This document shows positions 17,332 to 27,590 of a stretch of 64,000 nt of DNA, one piece after another (positions within the stretch are counted from its first letter, which is position 1; every line of letters starts with the position of its first letter). This DNA is from Planctomycetota bacterium (lineage in GTDB: Bacteria > Planctomycetota > UBA1135 > UBA2386). The notes beneath the pieces were generated by a model that was given only the letters and a program-made list of their open reading frames with translations, did no database searches and had not been told where the DNA came from. The DNA is taken from NCBI GenBank assembly GCA_046290465.1, contig JBKAGP010000001.1, positions 1,504,001 through 1,568,000 of the forward strand. Reading direction: 5' to 3'. A program made the position numbers and the translations under genes.

Positions 17332-19761
17332 ATGAACGGGTCGACGTGCGCGTTCCTGCTTCTGGCGACGGCGATGGCGACGGCCGCGGTCGCGCAGCAG
17401 GACCTCCCCCGACGGATCGTGCGCGGCCACGTGGTCGACGAGACCGGCGCCGCGATCGCCGGCTGCGCGGTCGCGCTGCTCGACCGCGCCGAGGCGGTCG
17501 ACGTGCGCGCGATGCTGCGCAAGCCGACGCACACCACCGACGACGACGGTCGCTTCGAACTGATCGTGCCGGCCGGGCGCTACCGCGCCAACGTGCTGCT
17601 GCTGGCCGGGCGCGGCCGGCAGGCAGCGGCGCGCACGCTGCCCTATTCGCAAGAGGCGCGCGTCGACCTCGGCCAGTTCGTGCTGCCGCCGGCCGCGACG
17701 CTGGTCGGACGCGTGCGCGACGCGGCCGGCGAACCGCTTTGCGGGGTGCAGGTCTCGGTGACCGACGCCGTGCAGACGACCTGGAACGACCAGCACCATC
17801 CGCGCTCGGGTGGGGTCAGCAACCAACAGGGCATCTTCCAGGTCCCGTGTGTGCCGCGCACCGGACTGCTGCTGACGGTCATGAAGGACGGCTACGCGAC
17901 CCGCGAACTGCTGGCGTCGCACGACTCGCCGCTGACGCTGACGATGCAGCCGGCGTCGCTCGCGCGCGGCCGCCTGCTGACGGCCGACGGCGAGCCGCTC
18001 GCTGACGCCAACCTGACGATCCAGCACGAGGGCCCGCGGACCCGCAACCTGCCGATCCGGCGCACCGACCGCGACGGGTCGTTCGCGGTCACCGTGCCGG
18101 CCGCACCAGAGCGCTACCGGATCACCGCTACCGAGGCGCAGAAGCCCCACCGCCGCTTCGAGTCCGACCTGCTGCGCGGCGGCCGAGACGACGTGACGTT
18201 CACCGAGATCGTCGATGCCCAGGAGACGGGCCAGGAACTGATCGTGCGCGTCGTCGACAAGGCCACCGGCGAGCCGCTCGACCGCCTGTCGGTCGCCACC
18301 ACCGGCATCGACAACGCCAGCCTGCAGGTGGCGATGTTCCACGCCGACCACTCGTGGCGGGACTACCGGCAGGAGGCGCGCATCCCACTGCGCACCCACG
18401 GCATCAAGACGCTGCTGATCCGCGCGCCCGGCCACGCGTTCGAACGCGTGACGATGCCCGAGAAGATCGACGAACCGCTGGTCGTCGAGCTGGGCCCGGA
18501 GGCCGTGCTGCAGGGACGCGTCGTCGACGAGGCCGGCGCGCCGGTCGTCGGCGTCGCGGTGCGCGCGCTGCCCGACGGCAACAGCACCGGCAGCAGCGGT
18601 TCGATCGGCGAGCACTGGCCGCGCACCGACGCGCAGGGCCGCTACCGCATCGGCAGCCTGCAGCCCGGCAAGTACGGCGTGCAGGTCTATCCCGAGCAAT
18701 GGCCGGCCAGCGACGTGTTCGCCGCCGAGGTGCGCGTCGAGCAACCCACGACGCTCGACCTGACGATCCCGGTGCAACGACGACTGACCGTCGAGATCGT
18801 CGGCGACCTGCCCGACGGCCCGCTGCCGACGCTGCGTGCGTCGCGGTTCCAGCAGCGCGGCGGCCGCAACGCGGGCTTCCGCCACTCGGTGACGCCGCCG
18901 CAGCCGCGCCCGCTGCGCGCCGACGAGCGCACGTTCGCGTTCGGTCCCGCGGTCGACGACCGCGCCTCGTTCGAGCTGTTCGTGCCGTCCCGTACGCGGG
19001 TCGGTGCTGGCACGACGCTGCATCTCGAAGGCATCGAGGTCGACGACGGCAAGGCGCGGCTCGAACTGCCGGACCTGCAGCGACACCTGGTGCGCGGCCG
19101 CATCCGCGTCGACGGCGCGCTGCCGACCGCGCGCTTGGCGGTGCTGGCCGTGCGCGACGAGGAGAGCGGCCCGTTCCGCGTGTTCCGCAACGACAAGAGC
19201 ACCGTCGGCGTGTTCGGGGACGGCACCTTCCAGATCGACCTGCCGCCGGGCACCTACTGCATCCAGCTCGTCGACGTGACCACCGGCATCGTGTTCCACA
19301 CCGAAGCCACCGACCTCGAGGTCGGCGGGGAGACCGGCGAGCTGACGCTGAAGCCGGAGCTGCACTGGCTCGAGGTCGTGCTGCAGGACGAGGACGGTGC
19401 CGCCGCGCGCACGCACAGCTTCGTGGTGACGCTCGACCGGCCGCGCGGCGGCGAGCAGGGCGCGTTCCTGCGCAGCCATCGACGGCGCAACCAACGCGAC
19501 ACGCAGACCGTGCACGTCTACGGCGAGGCAACGCGGCATCGCTGGCTGGTGCCCGCGGGCCAGCTCGACCTCGACGTCAACCTGATGCGCAGCGCGCTGC
19601 AGCGCGGCCAGCGCTACTACAGCACGACCAAGGTCACCGGCGAGGTGCTCGACATCCAAAGGCCCGAGCACCGCATCGTCGTCGAGGTGCCGCGCGCGCC
19701 GACGGACGCGCAGCTCGAGAAGCCCGCTGACGGCACGCCGTGGGAGGACTTCGGCAAGTAG
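17332..19761 (+). CDS. Secreted protein with carboxypeptidase-regulatory-like beta-sandwich repeats
   Basis: Signal peptide; repeated GRVVDExGxPxxG...TDxxGRF/Y motifs. Confidence 0.8.
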   Translation: MNGSTCAFLLLATAMATAAVAQQDLPRRIVRGHVVDETGAAIAGCAVALLDRAEAVDVRAMLRKPTHTTDDDGRFELIVPAGRYRANVLLLAGRGRQAAARTLPYSQEARVDLGQFVLPPAATLVGRVRDAAGEPLCGVQVSVTDAVQTTWNDQHHPRSGGVSNQQGIFQVPCVPRTGLLLTVMKDGYATRELLASHDSPLTLTMQPASLARGRLLTADGEPLADANLTIQHEGPRTRNLPIRRTDRDGSFAVTVPAAPERYRITATEAQKPHRRFESDLLRGGRDDVTFTEIVDAQETGQELIVRVVDKATGEPLDRLSVATTGIDNASLQVAMFHADHSWRDYRQEARIPLRTHGIKTLLIRAPGHAFERVTMPEKIDEPLVVELGPEAVLQGRVVDEAGAPVVGVAVRALPDGNSTGSSGSIGEHWPRTDAQGRYRIGSLQPGKYGVQVYPEQWPASDVFAAEVRVEQPTTLDLTIPVQRRLTVEIVGDLPDGPLPTLRASRFQQRGGRNAGFRHSVTPPQPRPLRADERTFAFGPAVDDRASFELFVPSRTRVGAGTTLHLEGIEVDDGKARLELPDLQRHLVRGRIRVDGALPTARLAVLAVRDEESGPFRVFRNDKSTVGVFGDGTFQIDLPPGTYCIQLVDVTTGIVFHTEATDLEVGGETGELTLKPELHWLEVVLQDEDGAAARTHSFVVTLDRPRGGEQGAFLRSHRRRNQRDTQTVHVYGEATRHRWLVPAGQLDLDVNLMRSALQRGQRYYSTTKVTGEVLDIQRPEHRIVVEVPRAPTDAQLEKPADGTPWEDFGK

Positions 19762-19767
19762 CAGCGC

Positions 19768-21444
19768 TCAGCGGCGCACGGCCTCGGCCAGCAGCTGGCC
19801 GAGCCACACCACCGCGGCGGTGTCGAACACCAGTTGCCGATCCTGCGGCGGCGGCTCGAACGCCTCGACGTGCTGCATGTGCGGATCCGCCGCGCACAGC
19901 TCGCGCACCATCGCCACCGGGTCGACGCCGTTGACGTCGCGATGGTCGGTCGGCCGCTGCTGGCTGACGACCCAGCGCAGCTCGGGCATGCCGAGGTCGC
20001 GGCGCAGCTGCGCTGCGAGCTCGCCGAGCCACTTCGCCGCCTGCCGGCGGTGCGGGGTCCACGACATGTCGTTCTCGCCGAGGTGGTAGACGATCGCGCG
20101 CAGCCGGACCTCGTGGCCGCGCCGTTCGAGGTCCTGCACCGACTCCTTCACGAACGCGAGGAACCGCGGGTAGAGGTTGCGCGCCTTCGCGACGCTGCCG
20201 TCCGGGGCCCAGTCGACGATCTGGGAGCCGCTGTGGGTGAACTTGGCGATCGCGAACGGACCTGCGCGCTGCTCGTGCAGCGCGTGTGCGAACGACACCT
20301 CGGGACCGAACGTGTCGAACGGACCGGCGACGCCGAGCGGCTCCCAGCCGTTCGAGATCGCGGCGCCGCCGCCGACGTCGTAGCGGAACGCGACCTGGCC
20401 GAGGTCCCGGCGCAGGGCCTTGCCGCCCTTCACGTCGCCGAGCTGCTGCACGAACGCGCGTTCGCCCTCCATGTTGCGGTGGCCGGCGAGCACGTAGAGG
20501 TCGACCGGCTTGCCGCTTGCATACGGCCACCGCGTCAGCTTGCGCTCCCGCCCCGGCAGCGCGTCGACGTTGCGCAGGTAGGCGTCGGCGTAGCACTCGC
20601 CGTGCTCGAGCTGGCCGAGCGTGCCGTAGTGGTAGTGCAGGCCGACCCCGCCACCGATCTCGACGCCGATGTGCGCGTTGCGCACGTACTGGGCGAGCGG
20701 GTCCGCATCGGTGGCCGCCCGCTGGCCGATGGCGATGTCGTTCATGCGCGGCCGCAGGTCCATGCCCCAGATCGTCTTGGTGCACAGCTCGCCGACGTAG
20801 AAGCGCAGCGCCGGCGCATCGAGGTCGCGACGCCAGCGCGCCATGAAGGCCTTCAGGTTGTCGCCGTAGGCAGCCCGGAAGCCCTCGTCGAACATGTCGT
20901 TCTCGCCCTGGTGCCAGACGAAGCCCTCGAGCCGCCATCGCACGCGCTGCCGGTCGAGCGCCCGCAGCGCCCGCTGCACGTGGTCGAGCGCCAGCGGGTA
21001 GAGCTCGAAGCCCTGCGGTTCCTCGGGGTTCCAGTCCGCGCCGAGCGTCGTGCCGCCCGCGGCCACCTTGATGATCGCGATCGGTGCGCGGATGTTGGCG
21101 GTCACCTTGCGGGCGAAGCTCAGCTCCGGCCCCACCATCCCGCGCGCCGGTCGCAGCGCGGTCCAGCCGTCGGATGCCTGCTTGTTCTCGCGGCCCAGGC
21201 AGTACCAGAACCGCACCTTCGGCTGCGGCTCGCCCAGGCCGGAGAACGGCGGGAAGCGCTCGATGTCGGCGACCTTGGAGTCGGCGCCCTCCATGTTGGA
21301 CTGGCCGGCGAACACGAACACGCGCAGCGTGCGGTCGTCGCGCTGCGCCAGCGCGCACGTCGCACCGAGCAGCAGCACCAGCAGGATCGTCGCCAGCCGA
21401 CTCGTCGCCAGCCGACTCGTCGGCATGGTCATCAGCGTGGTCAT
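19768..21444 (-). CDS. Sialate O-acetylesterase (SASA/CE6-like) with two tandem domains
   Basis: FAGQSNMEG, GPELSF, WHQGEND; second domain LAGHRNMEG, GPEVSF, YHLGEND; start overlaps upstream stop. Confidence 0.85.
   Translation of the reverse strand: MTTLMTMPTSRLATSRLATILLVLLLGATCALAQRDDRTLRVFVFAGQSNMEGADSKVADIERFPPFSGLGEPQPKVRFWYCLGRENKQASDGWTALRPARGMVGPELSFARKVTANIRAPIAIIKVAAGGTTLGADWNPEEPQGFELYPLALDHVQRALRALDRQRVRWRLEGFVWHQGENDMFDEGFRAAYGDNLKAFMARWRRDLDAPALRFYVGELCTKTIWGMDLRPRMNDIAIGQRAATDADPLAQYVRNAHIGVEIGGGVGLHYHYGTLGQLEHGECYADAYLRNVDALPGRERKLTRWPYASGKPVDLYVLAGHRNMEGERAFVQQLGDVKGGKALRRDLGQVAFRYDVGGGAAISNGWEPLGVAGPFDTFGPEVSFAHALHEQRAGPFAIAKFTHSGSQIVDWAPDGSVAKARNLYPRFLAFVKESVQDLERRGHEVRLRAIVYHLGENDMSWTPHRRQAAKWLGELAAQLRRDLGMPELRWVVSQQRPTDHRDVNGVDPVAMVRELCAADPHMQHVEAFEPPPQDRQLVFDTAAVVWLGQLLAEAVRR
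21388..21423. repeat. 15-bp tandem repeat in signal-peptide region (TSRLA x2+)
   Basis: cgtcgccagccgact x2 plus a partial third copy. Confidence 0.75.
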
Positions 21445-24400
21445 CACTTCGCCTCCGGCATGCGGTGGATGGTGCCGTGTATGGTCGCGCGCAGCGGTGC
21501 GCCCTCGGCCGTGTCGAGGTCGACCTTGACCTCCAGGCACATGGTCGCTTCGAGGTCGGGGATCTTCAGCAGCACGGTGCGACCGTCGGCCGACCGCGTC
21601 GCCGCGGCGACCGCCAGCGCCCGTTCGTCGACGTGCTTGCTGCCGTAGCTCTTGCTGCGCCGCAGCTGCCACGTGCGCACCCCGAAGCTCTGCGGATCGG
21701 CCGCCAGCTCCTCGTCGACCGCACAGCCGAAGGTCAGCTCGAGGCCGCCGGGCACGGCGTGCATCGCGACCGGCACCGCCACCGGCGCACCGGTGTAGCG
21801 CACCCGGTAGAAGCCTCCCGGTCGCGTGCGCGCACCCGACCAGCCGTAGAGGCCGCAGCAATAGAGCTGGCCGTTGCCCGGGTGGAACCGGCCGCGCATC
21901 ACGCCGGTCGCAAACGGGCCGAACGGCAGCGCGACCATCGCGCCCTGGTGGCGGCCGTCGACCTCGTCCTCCAGCACCAAGAACACCCGCCCCATGCCGT
22001 ACGACACCTCGAGCAGCGCGTTGTCGGGCAGCCCCCACCGATCCCCGCGCACCCGCACCAACTCGGCCGGCGAGCGGTCGAACGCGTTGGTGATCCAGCA
22101 CAGCGGCTGCTGCATGTCCTCGTCGGCGGTCGAGGTGCGGTCGTGGTAGCCCATCATGTTGCCGTAGAAGCCACCCTCGACGACCCGGTTGATGCGGTTC
22201 TTCGGCGTCCAGTGGCCCTCCTGGTCGGTCACGTAGAACGAGCCGTCGCCGTTGATGCAGACGCCGTTGGCGGCGCGGAAGCCGTTGGCGACGATCGTCG
22301 TCCTGCTGCCGTCCTTCGACACCCTTAGCAACGTGCCGTGGTGCGGCACCAGCGCGGTCTTGGCGTGGCGCGCCGACTTGGCGTAGTAGAAGTTGCCGTC
22401 CGCGTCGGTCTGCAGGCCCATCGCGAACTCGTGGAAGTGTTCGGTGACCTGATGGTCGTTGTTGAAGCAGCGGTAGTGGTCCGCCTCGCCGTCGCCGTTG
22501 GTGTCCTCGAGCACGCAGATCTGGTCGCGGCACGCGACGTAGATGGTCTCGTCAACGATGCGCACGCCGAGCGGCTGGAACAGCCCCGCCGCGAACCGAC
22601 GCCAGGTCAGCGGTCCCTGCTTGCGGTCGATGCCGGAGACGATCCAGACGTCGCCGTTCCAGGTCGAGACCGCCGCCCGACGGCCATCGGCGAAGAAGTC
22701 GAACGCACCGAGCCGCATCCAGCTGCGATACGGATTGCGGTCGGTGTCGGGCAGCGCGAACTCGTCGACGACCCAGATGCCGTCGTCGCCGCCGGCGCGA
22801 ACCTGCGAACGGGCGGTCTGCTGCCACCTGGACGTGGGCGGCGCCGACATGCGTGCGAGTTCGTCCTCGAGGGACCTGGCGATGCCCGACGTCACGCTAC
22901 CGACGCCGTGCAGGCTGCCGAGGAACACCTGCAGGCCGACCTCTTCGTCCCCGGGGCCCAGGATCAGCACGTGGTGGCCGTCGACCACGTCGACCTCGGC
23001 ACGACGCGTGCCGGTCCTGCTGCGCAGCAGCACGTGCTCGACGGCGCCGGGCTTCGCCGCCGGCCCCGACACCGCGTGCGGGCTGCCCTTGGGACCGATG
23101 CGCATGCGCAGTTCGTGCCGGCTCGGCGCGACCGACAGCGTGCGCACGAACACGAACCTGCCGTTGTGCTCCAGCGCGCTGGGCAACTCCCGCACCCGCG
23201 CACCGCCGACCTCGTACTCGAGCATGGTGCGCCCGCCGACCTTGCGGCTGCCGAGGAACCGCCCCCATTCGCGCGCGATCGGCCCGAACCGACGACCGTC
23301 GCGGCCGACCAACCGTTGGTCCGAGAAGTCGCCGGTGCCCGGCCGCGCCCAGCCGGGACCGAGTTCGTTGCGCACCTCGATGTCGCCGACGATGCTGGCG
23401 TGCGAGTTGTGCGAGCCGTCGAAGGCGACGCCCTTCCAGTCGATGAAGCCCGTGCCGCTCCACGCCGCCGCCATCGCCAGCGTGTCGAGGTCGTAGACCA
23501 TGAACGCGTAGCCTCGCGACACGCCGCCCTCGCCGCCGTCGAGGCGCACCGCCAGCCCCTTCTGCACGATGTTGCGGTCGTCGCCGACCTGGTAGGTCCA
23601 GTGCAGCGCGTCGCCGTAGTCCATCTTGCGGTAGTCGGGCCAGCGCGAGTCGTCGAGCGCCGAGCGCGGCGCATCGATGCCGACGACGTCGTCGAGCGGC
23701 TCGACCCAGACGTTGGCGAAGCGCACCGCGGCGCAGTCGGCCTGCAGCCGGATCGGCGCCTCGACGACCTTGGCCGCGACCTCGGGCCGTTCGTCGACCG
23801 GCTGCTTCGGCGGCTCCCACCGCAGCGACGGCGCCCCCATGTCGATGACCTCGCCGCGCGTCCACTGCGCGGCCTTGTCCTGCGGCACGTTGTGTTCGAA
23901 CACCGTGACGTCGGAGATCTCGCCGCGGAAGGGCATGCCGAAGTCCGGCGACGCCGCGCCGACCTTGAACACGTGGCCCTCGTCGTCCTCCTTGACGAAG
24001 TCCTCCTTGCGGGCGACCCGTTCGCCGTCGACGAACAGCAGCGCGGTGCCCTCGTCGTCGTGCGTCAGCAGCACGCGGTGCCACTTGCCGTCGTCGTAGC
24101 GCTCGCGGGTCTGCATCTGCCCGACCCAGCCGATGTCGTAGACCAGCCGGCCGCCGCGCAGGAACAGCGCCTTGGCGTCCGGCTGCCACGGCCCGGTCGC
24201 GGGCGACTTGGACGCGATCGTGCCGTTGGCCGTGGACTTGAAGCGCGCCGCGATCGTGAACACGCCGTCGCCGAACCGGAACGAGTTGTCGGGCTTGCGC
24301 GCGTAGCGCACGCCGCCACCGGCGACCGCCGAGCGCGCGCCGGCGGCAGCCGCGCGGAAGCCGTAGGTCGTGCGCTCGCGGACGGTGACCCGGTCGTGGA

Positions 24401-25688
24401 TCCGTTCGCCGTTCCACGACGCACGGATCACCGGGTCGCGGTCCTGCACCTGGCTGAAGTGCACGTCGAGCGCATGCCAGTGCCCCGCTGCCGCCGGCGC
24501 CGCCGCCGCGAGCTGGCCGTAGATCGCGCCGTTGCCGAAGCGGTCGCCGGTCGCACCGGCGATCTCGATCTCGTAACGACCCGCCAGGAACACGCCGCTG
24601 CGACCACCGAACGTGGCCGGCGTCCCCTGCGGGGCGGCCGGCACGTAGACGTCGGCGTGCAGGTGGTAGTTGCCGAACGACGCACGCGTCACGAGGTCGC
24701 CGAAGCCCGGTCGCGCGACCAGGGCGCGGCCGTCGACCTGCCAGCGGGCGCCTTCGTAGGTGGGCCCGCCGGCGGACGTGTCGGCGCGGCGGTCGATGCC
24801 GATCGCCTGCGGCTCGACGCTCGGATCCCAGTGGCGCCACGCCGAGGTGTCGCCGTCGCCGAACAGCACCGTCGCGCGCTCGGGTGCGGCCAGTTCGGGC
24901 GGAGCCGGCGGCGCGGCCGGCACGAACGGCTCGCGCGCGCGTCCGCCCGCGAACGCGCCCGAAGCCGGCACCTCCCTGCCGAGTGCCCACAGCACCGCGT
25001 TGCCGAGCAGGCGCTGGAAGTCGTCGCGCTCGAAGTTCTCGCGGCTGCCGAGCGACGTGTAGAAGATGCGCGACTCGGGCCGGTAGCGGTGGATCCACGC
25101 GACCGGCTCGCACGGCAGTGCGCCGGTGCGGCCGAACAGGATCGGCGTGGCGGCGTCGGCCAGCGGCTGCGCGTTGTAGGTGCCGCCGTGGCCCATCTCG
25201 AAGCTGCGCGCGATGCCCCGCACCAGCGGGTGCAGATCCTGGCGCGGGTCGACCCAGGCGACCGTGCCCTGGCCGTTCGGCGCGTGCGCCTTGTAGTGGC
25301 CGCCGAACAGCGGCGGGAACCAGCCCTTGTCGTTGCGGAACGCGTGGCTGGTCGTGCGCAGCGCGACGCACGGACGGCCGTCGTCGAACCACCGCCGCAA
25401 CCGCGCGAACTGCGCGTCGGTCGCCTCGCGGAAGCGCAGGAACAGCACCAGCAGGTCGGCGTCGCCGAGCGCTGCGAGGTCGGGCAGTTCGTTGCGGCGG
25501 CTCTGCAGCACGGTCGTGCGCAGCGACAGTTCGTCCTCGAGGCGGCTGGCGAACGCGGGCATCGTGCGCTCGGAGCCGTATTCGCGTTCGCCGACCAGGA
25601 ACACGACGTGCGGCTTCCGCTGCTGCGGCTGCTGCGCCGGCAGCAGACCGGCGACGGCGAGGACGACCAGGGCGATCCAGCTTCGCAT
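21444..25688 (-). CDS. Large multidomain secreted protein: ThuA-like + DUF1080-like + LamG-like + PVC-type beta-propeller region
   Basis: Signal peptide; LVGEREY..RTTSHAF..IFYTSLG (ThuA); FGNYHLHAD..SGVFLAGRYEIEI..IRLQ..VRFANVWV (DUF1080); DDGKWHRV (LamG); GLFQPLG, HFHEFAMGL, GFRAANG, DQEGHW. Confidence 0.8.
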   Translation of the reverse strand: MRSWIALVVLAVAGLLPAQQPQQRKPHVVFLVGEREYGSERTMPAFASRLEDELSLRTTVLQSRRNELPDLAALGDADLLVLFLRFREATDAQFARLRRWFDDGRPCVALRTTSHAFRNDKGWFPPLFGGHYKAHAPNGQGTVAWVDPRQDLHPLVRGIARSFEMGHGGTYNAQPLADAATPILFGRTGALPCEPVAWIHRYRPESRIFYTSLGSRENFERDDFQRLLGNAVLWALGREVPASGAFAGGRAREPFVPAAPPAPPELAAPERATVLFGDGDTSAWRHWDPSVEPQAIGIDRRADTSAGGPTYEGARWQVDGRALVARPGFGDLVTRASFGNYHLHADVYVPAAPQGTPATFGGRSGVFLAGRYEIEIAGATGDRFGNGAIYGQLAAAAPAAAGHWHALDVHFSQVQDRDPVIRASWNGERIHDRVTVRERTTYGFRAAAAGARSAVAGGGVRYARKPDNSFRFGDGVFTIAARFKSTANGTIASKSPATGPWQPDAKALFLRGGRLVYDIGWVGQMQTRERYDDGKWHRVLLTHDDEGTALLFVDGERVARKEDFVKEDDEGHVFKVGAASPDFGMPFRGEISDVTVFEHNVPQDKAAQWTRGEVIDMGAPSLRWEPPKQPVDERPEVAAKVVEAPIRLQADCAAVRFANVWVEPLDDVVGIDAPRSALDDSRWPDYRKMDYGDALHWTYQVGDDRNIVQKGLAVRLDGGEGGVSRGYAFMVYDLDTLAMAAAWSGTGFIDWKGVAFDGSHNSHASIVGDIEVRNELGPGWARPGTGDFSDQRLVGRDGRRFGPIAREWGRFLGSRKVGGRTMLEYEVGGARVRELPSALEHNGRFVFVRTLSVAPSRHELRMRIGPKGSPHAVSGPAAKPGAVEHVLLRSRTGTRRAEVDVVDGHHVLILGPGDEEVGLQVFLGSLHGVGSVTSGIARSLEDELARMSAPPTSRWQQTARSQVRAGGDDGIWVVDEFALPDTDRNPYRSWMRLGAFDFFADGRRAAVSTWNGDVWIVSGIDRKQGPLTWRRFAAGLFQPLGVRIVDETIYVACRDQICVLEDTNGDGEADHYRCFNNDHQVTEHFHEFAMGLQTDADGNFYYAKSARHAKTALVPHHGTLLRVSKDGSRTTIVANGFRAANGVCINGDGSFYVTDQEGHWTPKNRINRVVEGGFYGNMMGYHDRTSTADEDMQQPLCWITNAFDRSPAELVRVRGDRWGLPDNALLEVSYGMGRVFLVLEDEVDGRHQGAMVALPFGPFATGVMRGRFHPGNGQLYCCGLYGWSGARTRPGGFYRVRYTGAPVAVPVAMHAVPGGLELTFGCAVDEELAADPQSFGVRTWQLRRSKSYGSKHVDERALAVAAATRSADGRTVLLKIPDLEATMCLEVKVDLDTAEGAPLRATIHGTIHRMPEAK

Positions 25689-25726
25689 GTCGAAGAGCGT
25701 AGCCGCACGGCGATCCACCACCTACC

Positions 25727-26743
25727 ATGCCGCCGCCCTCTGCCCTCGTCCCGATGCCCTCCCCCGCACCAGCGCAACCGCTCGGCGTCGCCTTCCTCGG
25801 CGCCGGCGACGTCTCCGAACTGCACGCAGCCGCGGTCGCGTCGTGCGACCGCGCCGTGCTGCGTGGGCTCTGGCACCTCGACCCGGAGTCGGGCCGCCGG
25901 CAGGCCGAGCGCTACGGCTGCCGCAGCTACCCGTCCGCCGAGGCCGCGGTCGGCGATCCGGACGTGCAGTGCGTGTCGGTGCTGACCAACCTGGAGACGC
26001 ACCGGCGGTACGCCGAGCTGGCGATGCGCGCCGGCAAGCACGTGCTGGTCGAGAAGCCGGCCGGCGCGTCGCTCGAGGAGGTCGCGTCGATGCAGCGCTG
26101 CGCCGCCGAGCACGGCGTGCAGTGCGTGCCGGTGCACAACTACGTCTACGAGCCGGCGCTCGAACGCACCCGCACGCTGCTCGACCGCGGCGACCTCGGG
26201 CGGCTGGTCTCGGTGCACGTGCTCTACAACATCCACCACCCCGAGGCGGTCGCGCGGCGCTATCCGGGGGTGATCCGACAGATCATGACCCACCACGCCT
26301 ACGTGCTGCTCTACCTCGCCGGCATGCCGGTGTCGGTGGCGGCGATGCGGGCGACCATCAACGACGACTCGGTCGAGCAGGAGAACCTCGCCGTCGCGAC
26401 GCTGCAGCTGCCCGACGGCGCGATCGCGACCCTGCAGGCGAGCTTCGCCGCCGACGACCACTCCGGCGACCCGTGGACGTTTCTGGTCAAGGTCCTCGGC
26501 ACCAACGGCGCCACCCGGTTCAGCTACCGCGACTGGGTGCAGAACGAGCAGGCGCAGGTGCACTCGCACACGTTCAGCGCCTATCCATTCCATCTCGAAC
26601 GCACCGTGCACCACTTCCTCGACCGCTGCGTGCGCCGCGGCGAGGCGCCGCTGTCCGGCATGCAGCAGGCCTACGACGCGCAGCGCATCGTCGAGGCCGT
26701 CGAGACCTCGGCCGACGAACGACGATTCCTCCAACTGACATGA
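25727..26743 (+). CDS. Gfo/Idh/MocA family oxidoreductase
   Basis: AFLGAGDVS, AGKHVLVEKP motifs; start uncertain. Confidence 0.9.
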   Translation: MPPPSALVPMPSPAPAQPLGVAFLGAGDVSELHAAAVASCDRAVLRGLWHLDPESGRRQAERYGCRSYPSAEAAVGDPDVQCVSVLTNLETHRRYAELAMRAGKHVLVEKPAGASLEEVASMQRCAAEHGVQCVPVHNYVYEPALERTRTLLDRGDLGRLVSVHVLYNIHHPEAVARRYPGVIRQIMTHHAYVLLYLAGMPVSVAAMRATINDDSVEQENLAVATLQLPDGAIATLQASFAADDHSGDPWTFLVKVLGTNGATRFSYRDWVQNEQAQVHSHTFSAYPFHLERTVHHFLDRCVRRGEAPLSGMQQAYDAQRIVEAVETSADERRFLQLT

Positions 26744-27498
26744 GCAAGCACTTCGACCTGTCCGGCCGCGTGGCCGTGATCACCGGCGGCGCCCGCGGCA
26801 TCGGGCTCGCTGCCGCCCAGCGCATGGCCGACGCCGGCGCCGACATCGCGATCGTCGACCGCGACGCCGAAGCGGCGGCCGCGGCCGTCGCCGACATCGA
26901 GGCGCGTGGCCGCAAGGCGATCGCGTGCCCGATCGAGCTGACCGACGAACAGGCCGTGGTCGCGATGACCGACGAGGTCGTCGCCAAGCTCGGCGGCTAC
27001 CACATCCTGGTCTGCGCCGCGGCGATCGTCGGCCGCAACGCGTTTGCGTGGGAGACCACCGCCGAAGAATGGCGCAACGTGATGGAGATCAACACGACCG
27101 CGCTGTGGCTGTGCAACCGTGAGGCGCTGCGACCGATGCGCGCGCAGAACTACGGCCGGATCGTCAACATCGCGTCGATCGCCGGCAAGGAGGGCAACCC
27201 CAAGCTCGGTCCCTACTCGGCGTCCAAGGCCGCGGTGATCGGCATGACCAAGTCGCTCGGCAAGGAGGTCGCCAACACCGGCATCCGCGTCAACTCGGTC
27301 GCGCCTGCCGTGATCCAGACGCCGATGCTCGACCAGGTCAGCCAGGAGACGATCGACTACATGGTCAGCAAGATCCCGGTCGGCCGCACCGGCAAGACCG
27401 AGGAGGTCGCCGCGCTGGTGCACTACCTGGCCAGCGAGGAGTGCGGCTTCTCGACCGGCGCGTGCTTCGACATCTCCGGCGGTCGCGCGACCTACTGA
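26740..27498 (+). CDS. SDR oxidoreductase, 2-keto-3-deoxy-L-rhamnonate dehydrogenase (LRA5)-like
   Basis: TGGARGIG, NIASIAGKEGNP, YSASK, C-terminal DISGGRATY; ATGA overlap. Confidence 0.85.
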   Translation: MSKHFDLSGRVAVITGGARGIGLAAAQRMADAGADIAIVDRDAEAAAAAVADIEARGRKAIACPIELTDEQAVVAMTDEVVAKLGGYHILVCAAAIVGRNAFAWETTAEEWRNVMEINTTALWLCNREALRPMRAQNYGRIVNIASIAGKEGNPKLGPYSASKAAVIGMTKSLGKEVANTGIRVNSVAPAVIQTPMLDQVSQETIDYMVSKIPVGRTGKTEEVAALVHYLASEECGFSTGACFDISGGRATY

Positions 27499-27590
27499 GC
27501 GGCGACGGCGCCGACATGCCCATGCCGCGGGCGTCTCGGCGCGGCAGAACGCCCCCTCGTTCTGTCGCGGGTGTGGCTTAGAATCCCGGC

